Origin: Akkermansia muciniphila | GTDB taxonomy: Bacteria; Verrucomicrobiota; Verrucomicrobiia; Limisphaerales; SIBE01 | DNA: 64,000 nt | Direction of reading: 5' to 3' | Assembly (NCBI GenBank): GCA_945861765.1 | Contig: CAMAWP010000002.1 | Location: 585 to 64,584, forward strand | In this document: positions 1 to 10,900 of the stretch, piece by piece | How the letters are laid out: each line of letters opens with the position of its first letter | Position numbering within the stretch: position 1 is the stretch's first letter | Made by a program: the position numbers and the translations under genes | Notes under the pieces: generated by a model | What the model was told of the DNA's origin: nothing | Database searches by the model: none | The model's input: only the letters and a program-made list of their open reading frames with translations

Positions 1-1
1 G

Positions 2-1018
2 TTGGCGATCATTCGCTCGATGGTCGGCGCGGAAGATAATCATTACGCTTTTCAGTGTTTGTCAGGTCGGCACATGAGGAATCAGCCCAAGGGTGGCTGG
101 CCTTGCCTCGGCTCGGCGCTCTCAAAGCTCCAGGGAGCTGTTCACCATTCGATGCCGCCGTTCGTTGGTCTGTCGCCGAAGATGGGTCACACGCCGTGGT
201 CTGATGCGGGATCCCCTGGGTTTCTTGGGATCGGTCACGCTCCGTTTAAGCCCGAAGGCGCTGGCAAATCCGATATGGTCTTGAATGGTGTGACGCTCGA
301 CCGGCTTTCGGATCGGAAAACCTTGTTGGCCAGCTTTGATAAATTCCGCCGCGACATCGATGGGAGCCGATTAATGGAAGGCTTGGACTCGTTCAACAAT
401 CAAGCCTTCGGGCTGCTGACATCAAGCCGGTTGGTCGAGGCGTTGGATGTAGAGCGGGAGGATCCCAAGGTCCGCGATCGTTACGGCAAAGGCGATCCGA
501 AGAATCGCGATGATGGCGGCCCGAAGCTCATGGAACATTTTCTGATTGCTCGCCGGTTGGTTGAGGCGGGCGCGCGTTGCGTCACATTGGCCTTTAGCCG
601 ATGGGATCATCACGGTGACAACTTTGGGGCGTTGCGGCAGGACCTGCCGTTGCTCGATCAGGGATTGAGCGCGCTTATTGATGATCTCCATCAGCGCGGA
701 CTGGATAAAGATGTTTCGGTTGTGGTATGGGGCGAATTCGGTCGCACGCCTACGATCAATAAGGATGGGGGCCGCGATCATTGGCCGCGAGTCTCGTGCG
801 CGTTGCTGGCTGGCGGGGGGATGAAGACCGGGCAGGTCATCGGTTCGACCGACCGATTGGGGGGCGAAGCGGCGGATCGGCCTGTTCAATTTGGTGAAGT
901 TTTCGCCACGCTCTATCACAATTTGGGAATTGATGTGAACAAGGTAACTGTCACGGACTTAACGGGCCGACCTCAATTCTTGGTGGATGGCTATCAGCCG
1001 ATGGGCGAATTAGTTTAA
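2..1018 (+). CDS. DUF1501-family protein (sulfatase/alkaline-phosphatase-like), C-terminal part; 5' end cut by the window edge
   Basis: The ORF runs to the window edge. It aligns by eye with the C-terminal ~338 aa of the next two ORFs. It shares the motifs [30 protein letters not shown] and [11 protein letters not shown]. Confidence 0.85.
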   Translation: MAIIRSMVGAEDNHYAFQCLSGRHMRNQPKGGWPCLGSALSKLQGAVHHSMPPFVGLSPKMGHTPWSDAGSPGFLGIGHAPFKPEGAGKSDMVLNGVTLDRLSDRKTLLASFDKFRRDIDGSRLMEGLDSFNNQAFGLLTSSRLVEALDVEREDPKVRDRYGKGDPKNRDDGGPKLMEHFLIARRLVEAGARCVTLAFSRWDHHGDNFGALRQDLPLLDQGLSALIDDLHQRGLDKDVSVVVWGEFGRTPTINKDGGRDHWPRVSCALLAGGGMKTGQVIGSTDRLGGEAADRPVQFGEVFATLYHNLGIDVNKVTVTDLTGRPQFLVDGYQPMGELV

Positions 1019-1090
1019 TCTCGAAATAGAGAACAAATGAATAGTTCCGCTCCCCAGCCAGTCGGTTAGGTTGAACAACCGAATAACCTA

Positions 1091-2425
1091 ATGTTAACGA
1101 TCTATGGTCAAAGGTCGCGTTTTTGCGACGGAATATCACGGAGAAATTTTCTTAAGATAGGTGCGCTCGGTTTGGGCGGATTCGCTCTTCCTCAACTGCT
1201 TGAGGCTGAGACGCACGCGGGCATTCGACGATCCCAAAAGGCAGTCATCATGATCTTTTTGCCTGGTGGGCCATCTCATCAGGACATGTTTGACCTCAAG
1301 ATGGACGCGCCTGCGGAGATTCGCGGGGAATTCAAGCCAATCAAGACGAACGTTTCTGGTATTGATATTTGTGAACATCTGCCTCTGATCGCGCGCAAGA
1401 TGGACAAGATGGCAATCATCCGCTCGATCGTTGGCGCTGATGGAGATCATGACGCTTTCCAATGCTTGACGGGCCGTTCGGTGCGTAACCAACCGCCGGG
1501 AGGATGGCCCGCAATGGGTTCGGTTTTGTCAAAGCTTCAAGGGCCAATCAATAAAGCGATTCCTCCGTTTGTTGGACTTTCCCCGAAGATGGGAGAAATG
1601 CGCTGGGCGGATGCGGGTAAGCCGGGCTTTCTCGGTGTTCCTCATGCGCCGTTCAGGCCTCAGGGCGCGGGGAAATCCGATTTGGTTTTGAATGGAGTGA
1701 CCCTTGACCGATTGTCGGATCGAAGAGCACTGCTCGCTAGCTTCGACCGTTTTCGCCGAGATGTGGATACCACGGGAATGATGGAGGGACTCGACGTATT
1801 TAACGAGCAAGCCTTGGGAATGCTCACTTCAAGCCAATTATTAGACGCTCTTGATATCGGGAAGGAAGATCCTAATGTCCGCGCCCGTTACGGGAAAGGT
1901 GACCCCAAGAATCGAGACGATGGCGGGCCGAAGTTAATGGAACATTTTCTGATCGCTCGTCGGCTGGTCGAAGCAGGCTCGCGATGCGTCACGCTGGCTT
2001 TCAGCCGATGGGATCATCACGGCGATAATTTTGGCGCCCTGCGACAAGACTTGCCGTTGCTCGATCAGGGTGTCTCGGCGCTCGTCGAAGATTTGCATCA
2101 ACGCGGTCTTGACAAGGACGTGTCTGTCATTGTCTGGGGTGAGTTCGGCCGCACCCCAACCATCAATAAAGATGGCGGGCGCGATCATTGGCCGCGGGTG
2201 TCCTGCGCGCTGCTCGCTGGGGGTGGAATGAAGATGGGGCAAGTCATCGGTGCCACTGACAGGCTCGGCGGAGAAGCCACCGAGCGGCCGGTGTACTTTG
2301 GAGAAGTCTTCGCGACCCTCTACAATAACCTTGGAATCGACACGAGCAAAACCACCGTCAAAGACTTGACTGGTCGGCCACAGTTCTTGGTGGACGGGCA
2401 CCAGCCGATTCGGGAGCTGATTTGA
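1091..2425 (+). CDS. DUF1501-family protein with Tat-type signal
   Basis: 444-aa ORF. Twin-arginine signal-like N-terminus [22 protein letters not shown]1501-type motifs [19 protein letters not shown] and WGEFGRTP...GGRDHWP. Confidence 0.9.
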   Translation: MLTIYGQRSRFCDGISRRNFLKIGALGLGGFALPQLLEAETHAGIRRSQKAVIMIFLPGGPSHQDMFDLKMDAPAEIRGEFKPIKTNVSGIDICEHLPLIARKMDKMAIIRSIVGADGDHDAFQCLTGRSVRNQPPGGWPAMGSVLSKLQGPINKAIPPFVGLSPKMGEMRWADAGKPGFLGVPHAPFRPQGAGKSDLVLNGVTLDRLSDRRALLASFDRFRRDVDTTGMMEGLDVFNEQALGMLTSSQLLDALDIGKEDPNVRARYGKGDPKNRDDGGPKLMEHFLIARRLVEAGSRCVTLAFSRWDHHGDNFGALRQDLPLLDQGVSALVEDLHQRGLDKDVSVIVWGEFGRTPTINKDGGRDHWPRVSCALLAGGGMKMGQVIGATDRLGGEATERPVYFGEVFATLYNNLGIDTSKTTVKDLTGRPQFLVDGHQPIRELI

Positions 2426-2541
2426 TAATGTTATCGCTGTTGTTCCTATGACTGGCAAAGCCCAGCCGATTTGGTGCCGTTCCGAGTTTGACGAACATGT
2501 TGCTCGCCACATCCAGAGAAATCTTCTAGAAACGTAAGGCC

Positions 2542-3876
2542 ATGTTAACCATCTACGGCAAACAAGCACGTTTCTGTGACGGCATTTCGCGGCGGAACTT
2601 CTTAAAGATCGGAGGCTTGAGCATGGGTGGGCTGGCTTTGCCCCAATTGCTGCAAGCCGAAGCGCGAGCAGGAATCCGTCGATCTCAAAAAGCGGTCATC
2701 ATGATTTATCTTCCGGGTGGCCCGCCGCATCAGGATATGTTCGACCTGAAGCTGGATGCGCCTTCGGAGATTCGCGGTGAGTTTCAACCGATCAAGACCA
2801 ACGTTCCTGGCATTCAGGTTTGCGAACATCTCCCACGCATGGCGGCGATGATGGACAAGCTGGCCGTGGTTCGATCGATATCCGACGCTGTGGATGACCA
2901 TTCCGATTTCCATTGCATGACAGGACGTTCCAAGCGTAACCAACCGCCAGGCGGTTGGCCCACTTTTGGTTCTGCCGTGACAAGGTTGTTGGGGCCATCC
3001 AATCATGCTATTCCGCCATTTGTCGGTTTGGAACCGAAGATGCAGCATCGACCTTACAATGATGCGACCCCCGGGTTTTTGGGAGCAGGCTACCGTTCGT
3101 TCCGACCCGACGGCAGCGGCAAAGATGACATGGTTCTCAATGGCGTGACGCTGGATCGTTTGGCTGACCGAAAGATGTTGCTGTCCGGTTTTGATCATTT
3201 TCGCCGCGACGTGGATGCCAGCGGCTTGATGGAAGGACTCGATCGATTCAATGAGCAGGCGTTTGGCGTGCTGACATCGAGCAAGCTTTTAGAAGCTCTG
3301 GATTTTCAACGCGAGGATAAGAAGGTCATCGAGCGCTACGGCAAAGGTGACCCGAAGCCACACGGCGACGCCGCGCCGATGTTGATGGAACAATTTCTGG
3401 TTGCTCGCCGACTGGTTGAAGCTGGCGCGCGATGCGTGACGGTCGCGTTCGGATTTTGGGATTACCACGGAAACAACTTCAAGAACGCCAAAGCCGATAT
3501 GCCCTTGCTTGATCAGGGGGTTACGGCGCTGGTTGAGGACTTGCACCAACGGGGGCTGGACAAAGACGTTTCAGTAGTTGTTTGGGGTGAATTCGGACGG
3601 ACGCCGACTATCAATAAAGATGCTGGTCGTGACCACTGGCCGAAAGCTTCATGCGCTGTCCTGGCTTGCGGCGGGATGAAGACCGGTCAAGTAATCGGTG
3701 CAACCGACCGCTTAGGTGCGGAACCTTCGGAGCGGCCCGTGCGTTTCGCGGAAGTCTTCGCGACGCTCTACCACCAGTTGGGGATCGACGTGAACAAGAC
3801 GACGATTACGGACCTCTCCGGACGCCCTCAGTATCTGGTCGAAGATGGATGCCAGCCGATGAGCGAACTGGTTTAG
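2542..3876 (+). CDS. DUF1501-family protein with Tat-type signal (third tandem paralogue)
   Basis: 444-aa ORF, the same length as the previous one. It has [39 protein letters not shown] and [20 protein letters not shown]. Confidence 0.9.
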   Translation: MLTIYGKQARFCDGISRRNFLKIGGLSMGGLALPQLLQAEARAGIRRSQKAVIMIYLPGGPPHQDMFDLKLDAPSEIRGEFQPIKTNVPGIQVCEHLPRMAAMMDKLAVVRSISDAVDDHSDFHCMTGRSKRNQPPGGWPTFGSAVTRLLGPSNHAIPPFVGLEPKMQHRPYNDATPGFLGAGYRSFRPDGSGKDDMVLNGVTLDRLADRKMLLSGFDHFRRDVDASGLMEGLDRFNEQAFGVLTSSKLLEALDFQREDKKVIERYGKGDPKPHGDAAPMLMEQFLVARRLVEAGARCVTVAFGFWDYHGNNFKNAKADMPLLDQGVTALVEDLHQRGLDKDVSVVVWGEFGRTPTINKDAGRDHWPKASCAVLACGGMKTGQVIGATDRLGAEPSERPVRFAEVFATLYHQLGIDVNKTTITDLSGRPQYLVEDGCQPMSELV

Positions 3877-4001
3877 CTATGTTGACGCTCCGAAATGGAT
3901 TGTGGGACCACGGCCGTCTGCCGCGCGAAATAGTCACGATGCTCGGCGAGGCCAAGAAGTTCCCCGAATCAATCAAATGTACAACTCGAACCGCCGTCGA
4001 A

Positions 4002-6554
4002 ATGCGAATTATGTCGAAACGATCATTAGCTTTGAATCTGGCCGCCGTATGTATGGTGCTTATGTTTTCGGGAACTCTCGTCAGCTTCGGCAAGGAGTCC
4101 GTCGAAGCAAAATCGCCGGGTAAATTGGCGGGGCTGCAAATTCACTATCGAGCTTCGACAGGCGGAGAAGTGACCGAAACGCTTCGACTGCGTGGTGCTG
4201 ATGCGCGGCAGCAACTCTTAGTCACGGCCCAATTCAGCGAAGGTGCGCTTCGTGATTACACCCATAGTGTCGTTTATCAAAGTTCTCCCGAGGGTGTTCT
4301 TCGAGTGGGTTCGAACGGCTTGGTGACGCCGCTGGCTGACGGCAACGCCACAATTTCTGCTAAAACGGAAGACGGCACCACTGTCTCGCTGCCCGTGGTT
4401 GTAGAGCATTTTAACACTGTCACTCCCATTAACTTCCCCAATCAGATCGTGCCGATCTTCACCAAGGCCGGCTGCAACGCGGGTGGTTGTCACGGGAAAT
4501 CAAGCGGCCAAAACGGTTTCAGGTTGTCGCTGCTCGGATTTGAACCCACCGAAGATTACGAGCACTTGGTCAAGGAAGCCCGTGGGCGCAGGCTTTTTCC
4601 TGCGTCCCCAGAACACAGTCTCCTCTTGGTGAAAGCGGCGGGCATATTGCCACATGGTGGAGGCAAGCGTCTGGAGCCTGATTCCGATGATTACAAATTG
4701 ATCGTCCGATGGATTTATCAAGGAATGCCTTACGGCAAAGCGACTGATCCGACAGTTGTTCGCATCGAGGTGTTTCCCAAAGAACGAACAATGCCTTTAG
4801 GTGCCGAGCAGCAACTGGTGGTCATGGCTCATTACACCGATGGCTCGGCGGAAGACGTGACGCGGAGCGCCTTGTATGAGCCGAATGACAAAGAGATGGC
4901 CAAGACTGACACCGCCGGACGAGTGATGCTTTTTGAACAGCCCGGCGACGTCGCGGTCATGATCCGTTACCAAGCACGGGTCGCGGTCTTTCGTGCCACC
5001 GTCCCGTTGGGTGCGGTGGTCGAGAATCTGCCAACTCCGAAGAACCTAATCGACGAATTGGTCTTTAAGAAACTGCGCACGGTTGGGATGCCACCTTCGG
5101 AGATTTGCGATGACGCCACGTTCCTGCGCCGGACGGCCATTGATGTTGCAGGCAGATTGCCCACGCCCGAAGAAAGTAAGACCTTCTTGGCAGACAAGGA
5201 TCCGGCCAAGCGCGACAAATGGATCGATGCCTTATTGAGCAGCGGTGAATACGCCGATTTTTTTGCCAACAAGTGGAGCGCTCTGTTGCGGAACAAACGC
5301 ACAGCGCCCACATTCACTCGTGGTACGTATGCGTTCTATGGGTGGATTCGGGACAGCTTGATGGAGAACAAACCTTACGATCAGTTCGCTCGCGAGATTT
5401 TGGCAGCGTCGGGCGAGATTGGCCAGAATCCGGCAGTCGCTTGGTATAGGCAAGTCAAGGAGCCGACCGCACAACTCGAGGACACGGCCCAGCTTTTCCT
5501 GGGGACCAGGCTCCAATGTGCCCAATGTCACCATCATCCGTTCGAGAGGTGGAGCCAGCAGGACTATTACAGCTTTTCAGCATTCTTCACGCAGGTGGGA
5601 CGCAAGCAAACCGCGCAACCCGGCGAGGAAATGATTTTCCACAAGCGCGGTAAAGCGACGGCAACCAACAAAAAGACGAAACAGTCAGTGGGGCCGGCAG
5701 GCTTGGGAGCGACTCCGTTGGAGCTTGCGCCTGATGAAGACCCGCGCCAGGCGTTGGCTGATTGGATGAGCCGCAAGGACAATCCATTTTTCGCCCGATC
5801 CTTGGTCAATCGTTACTGGAAACATTTCTTCAACCGCGGTTTGGTTGAGCCTGAGGACGATATGCGCGAGACAAATCCTCCGACAAATCCGGAACTTCTC
5901 GATGGGCTGGCCCAGCATTTCATCGCCCATGGGTTTGACCTGAAGGATCTCGTGGGAACCATTTGCCGATCTCAGTCCTATCAGCTCAGCGCCGTGCCGA
6001 ACAAATTCAATGCGGTCGATAAACAGAATTTTTCTCGCTATTATCCAAAGCGTCTGACAGCTGAAGTCCTATTGGATTCGGTGAATCAGATCACGAAATC
6101 GGAAACCAAATTCGACGGGCTGCCCGCTGGCACTCGCGCCGTCCAATTGCCTGACAATAGTTTCAACGCCAGCTCCTATTTCCTGACCGTTTTCGGCAGG
6201 CCTGACATGTCTAGCTCGTGTGAGTGCGAGCGTTCACAGGACGCCAGTCTTGCCCAGAGTTTGCATCTCCTCAACGCAAAAGATATTCAAGACAAGCTGG
6301 CGAGTGACAGTGGCCGCGCTGCTTTGCTGGCCGCAGACAAGCAGAAAAACGACGAATCGAAGATCCGAGATTTGTATTACGGGGTCTATTCACGAGAGCC
6401 TGATGAAAAGGAACTGGCACTCGCCAAGGGCTATTTGGAGAAGAAGAGCATTCAGAAAGAGGGCAAGCAAGATCTCGCGGCAAGCAAGCGCCAAGCTTAC
6501 GAAGACATCATCTGGGCTCTGATCAACACCAAAGAGTTTTTGTTCAACCACTAG
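4002..6554 (+). CDS. DUF1549/DUF1553 (PSCyt/PSD-type) protein with Ig-like (Big_2-type) segments
   Basis: The tracked ORF is 3651..6554, but its first ~75 codons overlap the previous CDS in another frame. I moved the start to ATG 4002 (MRIMSKRSLALNLAAVCMVLMF, signal-like); ATG 3879 or 4011 are also possible. Motifs: GCNAGGCHGK, LRRTAIDVAGRLPTPEE, QCAQCHHHPFERW, SSCECERS. Confidence 0.85.
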   Translation: MRIMSKRSLALNLAAVCMVLMFSGTLVSFGKESVEAKSPGKLAGLQIHYRASTGGEVTETLRLRGADARQQLLVTAQFSEGALRDYTHSVVYQSSPEGVLRVGSNGLVTPLADGNATISAKTEDGTTVSLPVVVEHFNTVTPINFPNQIVPIFTKAGCNAGGCHGKSSGQNGFRLSLLGFEPTEDYEHLVKEARGRRLFPASPEHSLLLVKAAGILPHGGGKRLEPDSDDYKLIVRWIYQGMPYGKATDPTVVRIEVFPKERTMPLGAEQQLVVMAHYTDGSAEDVTRSALYEPNDKEMAKTDTAGRVMLFEQPGDVAVMIRYQARVAVFRATVPLGAVVENLPTPKNLIDELVFKKLRTVGMPPSEICDDATFLRRTAIDVAGRLPTPEESKTFLADKDPAKRDKWIDALLSSGEYADFFANKWSALLRNKRTAPTFTRGTYAFYGWIRDSLMENKPYDQFAREILAASGEIGQNPAVAWYRQVKEPTAQLEDTAQLFLGTRLQCAQCHHHPFERWSQQDYYSFSAFFTQVGRKQTAQPGEEMIFHKRGKATATNKKTKQSVGPAGLGATPLELAPDEDPRQALADWMSRKDNPFFARSLVNRYWKHFFNRGLVEPEDDMRETNPPTNPELLDGLAQHFIAHGFDLKDLVGTICRSQSYQLSAVPNKFNAVDKQNFSRYYPKRLTAEVLLDSVNQITKSETKFDGLPAGTRAVQLPDNSFNASSYFLTVFGRPDMSSSCECERSQDASLAQSLHLLNAKDIQDKLASDSGRAALLAADKQKNDESKIRDLYYGVYSREPDEKELALAKGYLEKKSIQKEGKQDLAASKRQAYEDIIWALINTKEFLFNH

Positions 6555-6582
6555 ACCTGCTGAACATTTCCAGACCGGTTGA

Positions 6583-7986
6583 ATGAGTCGCCTGAAAAAC
6601 AATCGTGTCGGCTGCCTGGAATTTCGTACGCTCCTGGGCATGGAGAGGCGCAGCTTTTTAAAGGCAGGATTGCTCGGCTTGGCTGGTTTGTCGCTTTCGG
6701 ACTTGTTAAAAGCGGAATCCACATCGCTAACCTCCGCTAAGGCTCCATCTCGCCAGAATTCTGTAATTATTCTTTGGATGCGTGGCGGTCCGAGCCAGCA
6801 CGAGACATGGGATCCGAAGCCGGATGCGCCGATCGAGTATCGCGGCGAATTCGGAGCGATGAGGACCAAGGTTCCTGGCATTCAAATTTGCGACTTGCTT
6901 CCAATGAGCGCTGGAATCATGGACAAGTGGTCCATCATTCGCAGCCTGCACCACGCTGATGCCGGGCATTCTTCGGGCGATCAGATCTGCTTCACTGGCT
7001 ACCCGGCGGCTCCTGAAGTCGCGGCGGAAGGTCCCGGAAACATCATGCCCAGTTGCGGTTCCATTGTGGCTGACCAGTTTCAGCGTAAGAATCCGAAGCT
7101 CCCCGCTTACGTCGTCATCCCCAAGATGCTTCCAGGGACTGGAGCCGCATATCTCGGCCAGAGATGCAATCCGTTTGAAACCATCGCTGACCCGGCCAAG
7201 GACGGCCCTTTCCGCGTTCCTAATTTCGCCTTGCCCGCGGGAATTTCACTGCAGCGCCTCGACGATCGCCGCGCATTGCTGGAAGGCATCGATAATCTCA
7301 GGCGTGATGTGGATCAGGCCGGACAAATCGAAGCGGTAGATCAATTTCAGCAACGCGCTTGGGATATTCTATCAGGCAAAGACGCGCGTGAGGCCTTCGA
7401 TCTAGACGCAGAGCCGCGCTCTATTCGCGAACGCTACGGAATCATTCCTGAATTCAAGGCTCCAACTCCGGATCGCTGTGGTGTGCCGGCGTGGAGCCAA
7501 CGAATGTTGCTGGCGCGCCGCTTGGTTGAAGCCGGAGTGAGGCTGGTGACGGTGGATGTGCGCTGGTGGGACACCCATGTGCAAGGCTTCGACACTATGC
7601 GCAACGGATTTTTGCCGCGTTGGGACCGAGCCTACACGGCATTAATCGAAGATCTCGATCAGCGCGGGTTGCTTGATTCCACGATGGTGATCGCCTGGGG
7701 CGAGTTCGGTCGCACTCCGCGAGTCAATGCCAATGCCGGACGGGATCATTGGCCAAATGTGTTCAGCGCGGCTGTCGCTGGCGGCGGCATTCAAGGTGGC
7801 CGAGCTATTGGTTCGTCCGATGCAAAGGGCGGCGAGCCTGACTCGAATCCAAAAACTCCCCAGGACCTTCTCTCGACGATGTACCGCCACCTCGGCATCG
7901 ATACCACCGCTCAATATGCGGACCACGCGGGCCGGCCGCACCCTGTATTACCTTTCGGCAATCCAATCAACGAACTCTTTAACTGA
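6583..7986 (+). CDS. DUF1501-family protein with Tat-type signal
   Basis: 467-aa ORF starting 28 nt after the DUF1553 stop. It has ERRSFLKAGLLGLAGLS, RGGPSQHETWD, WWDTH and [20 protein letters not shown]. Confidence 0.9.
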   Translation: MSRLKNNRVGCLEFRTLLGMERRSFLKAGLLGLAGLSLSDLLKAESTSLTSAKAPSRQNSVIILWMRGGPSQHETWDPKPDAPIEYRGEFGAMRTKVPGIQICDLLPMSAGIMDKWSIIRSLHHADAGHSSGDQICFTGYPAAPEVAAEGPGNIMPSCGSIVADQFQRKNPKLPAYVVIPKMLPGTGAAYLGQRCNPFETIADPAKDGPFRVPNFALPAGISLQRLDDRRALLEGIDNLRRDVDQAGQIEAVDQFQQRAWDILSGKDAREAFDLDAEPRSIRERYGIIPEFKAPTPDRCGVPAWSQRMLLARRLVEAGVRLVTVDVRWWDTHVQGFDTMRNGFLPRWDRAYTALIEDLDQRGLLDSTMVIAWGEFGRTPRVNANAGRDHWPNVFSAAVAGGGIQGGRAIGSSDAKGGEPDSNPKTPQDLLSTMYRHLGIDTTAQYADHAGRPHPVLPFGNPINELFN

Positions 7987-10900
7987 TGATGAACTCCCAC
8001 TGTGACGTATCGATCCACTGGACCAATGTTGAGAGGGCGCAGCTTTCATGTCTCAGGCCAGGGCCTTCGGTTTTGCCAAAGCTTCTTTGTATATTTTTGC
8101 TGCTCGTTTTAGGTGTGACGTTCTCGGCGATGGCCCAACTACCGGTGGCTCGGCTATCCACAATTTTTCCTCCTGGGGGTAAAATAGGAACCTCCGTTGA
8201 AGTTCGCCTTTCCGGACTTGATCTGGATGATGTCGCGCAACTTCATTTCTCTCGCCCGGGGATAACAGCAAAGCCAAAGATGATCGACGGCGCTTCGACG
8301 CCCGACCCGAATAGATTCCTCATCACGATTGCTTCGGATGTGTCTCCTGGAGTTTGCGAGGTCCGCGCAGTCGGTCGCTTTGGCATCTCCAATCCGCGCG
8401 CGTTTGTCGTTGGCGATCTCCTGGAGTACGTCGAGAAGGAGCCGAACGACTCGGCTTCCACGCCAAACGAAGTCCAACTGGGAACTGTCGTCAACGGAAC
8501 TGTTGAGTCGAGCACTGCCGATTATTTCAAGTTCACAGCAAAAAAGGCGCAACGAATTCTCATCGAGTGCTTGGCGAAGGAGATCGATTCGCGAATGGAC
8601 CCGGTGTTGGTCTTATACGACTCCGATGGGCACGAGCTTGAGCGAAATCGGCGCGGTGGTTTGCTCGATTTCGTCGCGAAGAGCGACGGCGGGTTCATCG
8701 TCAAGGTATATGATTTTCTCTATCGCGGAGGCGACGACTATTTCTACAGGCTGGCCATCGGAAACGGGCCGCACATCGACTTCATCTTTCCGCCCGCCGG
8801 ATTGTCTGGGAGCAAAGCAAAGTATTTCCTCTTCGGCCGCAATCTCCCGGGCAGCAGTCCGGTGCCAGACCTGGCAATCGACGGAAAACCGTTGGAGCAA
8901 TTGGCCGTCGAGATCGAGATGCCTGACGATGCGGCGGCTCAGTATAAATTATCTTCAGGCTCGCTCATAAGGCCCGCAGACTCGGTTCTCGACGGCGTTG
9001 ATTACCGGTTAACGACTCGGCGGGGAGTTTCAAACCCTGTTTTAATCAGCTTTGCGACCGCGCCTGTGGTGGTTGAGCAACAACCGAACGATACGCCTGC
9101 CTCGGCGCAGAAAATCTCTGTGCCGTGCGAGTATGTCGGACAGTACTATCCCAAGGGCGATCAGGATTGGGTGATCTTTGAAGCCAAGAAGGGCGAGGTC
9201 TATTGGATTGAGGTTTTCTCCCAACGGCTGGGGCTGCCGAGCGATCCGTTTGTGCTGGTTCAGCGAGTCAAGAAGAACGACAAAGGCGAAGAGGAGGGCT
9301 CGGATCTGCAGGAGCTGTATGATTCGGACCTCAATATCGGGGGGGCAGATTATAACACCGCGACACGCGATCCGGCATGGCGTTTCGACGTGAAAGAAGA
9401 CGGCACCTACCGGGTTCAATCGCGCGATTTGTTCAATCGCTCTCAAAGCAACCCAAGCCTGGTATATCGGCTCTCCATACGGAAGGAGATGCCTGACTTT
9501 CGGCTGGTGGTCATGGCTCAACCGCCACCACCACCGACAAAGGATAAGAAAGAGGCGTTTGTCTGGACGCCGTTTTTGCGTCGAGGTGAAACCATGATGA
9601 TGAAGGTGCTGGCCTTCCGCCGGGATAATTTTAACGGCGACATTCAACTCAGCGTTGAAGGGCTTCCGCCGGGAGTTACTGCCGCGGAAACCAAGATCGA
9701 GGCGAACAAAACCTCGGCGTCGCTATTCCTGACCGCTTCGGAAGGTGCGGCGGTTTGGGTAGGTCCGATCAAAGTGATCGGCAAAGCCAAGATGGGTGAC
9801 TCTGACGTCGTCCGCGAAGCGCGCGGCGGGTCTATCAACTGGACTGTAGCCGACTATACCAACGAGCCCGTTCAATCGCGTATGACCCGTGATTTCATGC
9901 TCGCGATCAGCGGCAAAGAGAGCGCTCCCATTTCACTCGAAGCGGCCGAGAATAAAGTTTGGGAAACTTCGTTGGCGGGGAAGCTGAAGATACCGATCAA
10001 TTTGGTTCGTCGTGGTGAGTTCAAAGATGCTGTGAAGTTGAAAGCCGCGGGGATTGCTGTCCTCGATCCAGTAAAGGAGATCGACGTCAATGGCAATACC
10101 AACACCGCAACATTGGAGCTCGATCTGACTCAAGTCAAAGTGCCCGTTGGAGCGCACACTTTCTACTTACAAGCTCAAACGAAGGGCAAGTACCGGTCCT
10201 TGACTCCAGACGAGATGAAGGTGGTGGAAACTTTCGCGAAGACCGCCGACGAGTCGGCAAAACAATTCGAGAAGGAAGCAAGTGAATTGACCGCGTCGGC
10301 CAAGCAGGCAACGGATGCACTGGCTGCGGCCACAAAAGCTGCTCAGGAAGCTGGAGCTCGCGAAAAGGCTGCGACAGAAAAACTGGCTTCAGCCAAAACA
10401 GCAGCCGAGGCCACGCCAGCAGCCGAGTCATTGGTTGCGGCACGAACTGCTGCCGAGAAAGAATCTACAGAGGCTTCGGCGCAATCCAAAACACTTGCTG
10501 GAGCTAAAAGCGCTGCAGCCAAGGCTGCTGCCGAAGCGTCTGATAAAGCAAAAAATGCGGACGCAAAAAAAGAAGCAGCATTGAAGCAGGCGAACGCAGC
10601 CAAAGAGGCATCTAAAAAGGCGCAACCGAAAGACCTGAACGTCGCGACTTACTCTGTTCCAATTAATCTGAAGATTACCGCTGCTCCGATCAACCTCTCG
10701 GCGACAACTCCTTCGGTGCCTTTGGCACAAGGAGCCAAGATCGAAATCCCTGTCACGATCAAGAGGCTTTACGAGTTCAACGATCCAGTCGAACTGACTC
10801 TCGTGGCACCCAAGGACGCCAACGGTCTGAGCGGCGCGAAGGTGACGATCCCAAAAGATCAGAGCCAAGCGAAGTTCGTTGTCGAAGCAAAGGCCGATGT

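Noticed and set aside
2-2425. Recent duplication or gene conversion between DUF1501 copies 1 and 2
   Set aside because: The DNA alignment by eye shows many synonymous differences inside blocks of identical protein sequence. The similarity therefore reflects purifying selection, not recent homogenisation.
3651-4001. N-terminal extension of the first DUF1553 ORF, overlapping the previous DUF1501 gene by 226 nt
   Set aside because: The extension is Arg-rich and out of frame with a well-supported CDS. A signal-peptide-like start exists at 4002/4011, after the upstream stop.
4527-4547. tRNA T-arm-like string (ggatttgaaccc, reverse gggttcaaatcc), also present near 11541
   Set aside because: It sits inside the conserved LLGFEP motif of the DUF1553 CDS. 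There is no acceptor or anticodon stem context around it.
8329-8970. 213-aa + strand ORF in an alternative frame inside the PPC-domain gene
   Set aside because: It is fully embedded in a CDS that has a clear paralogue in the main frame. Its translation is Ser/Arg-rich with no motif, so there is no evidence for a genuine overlapping gene.
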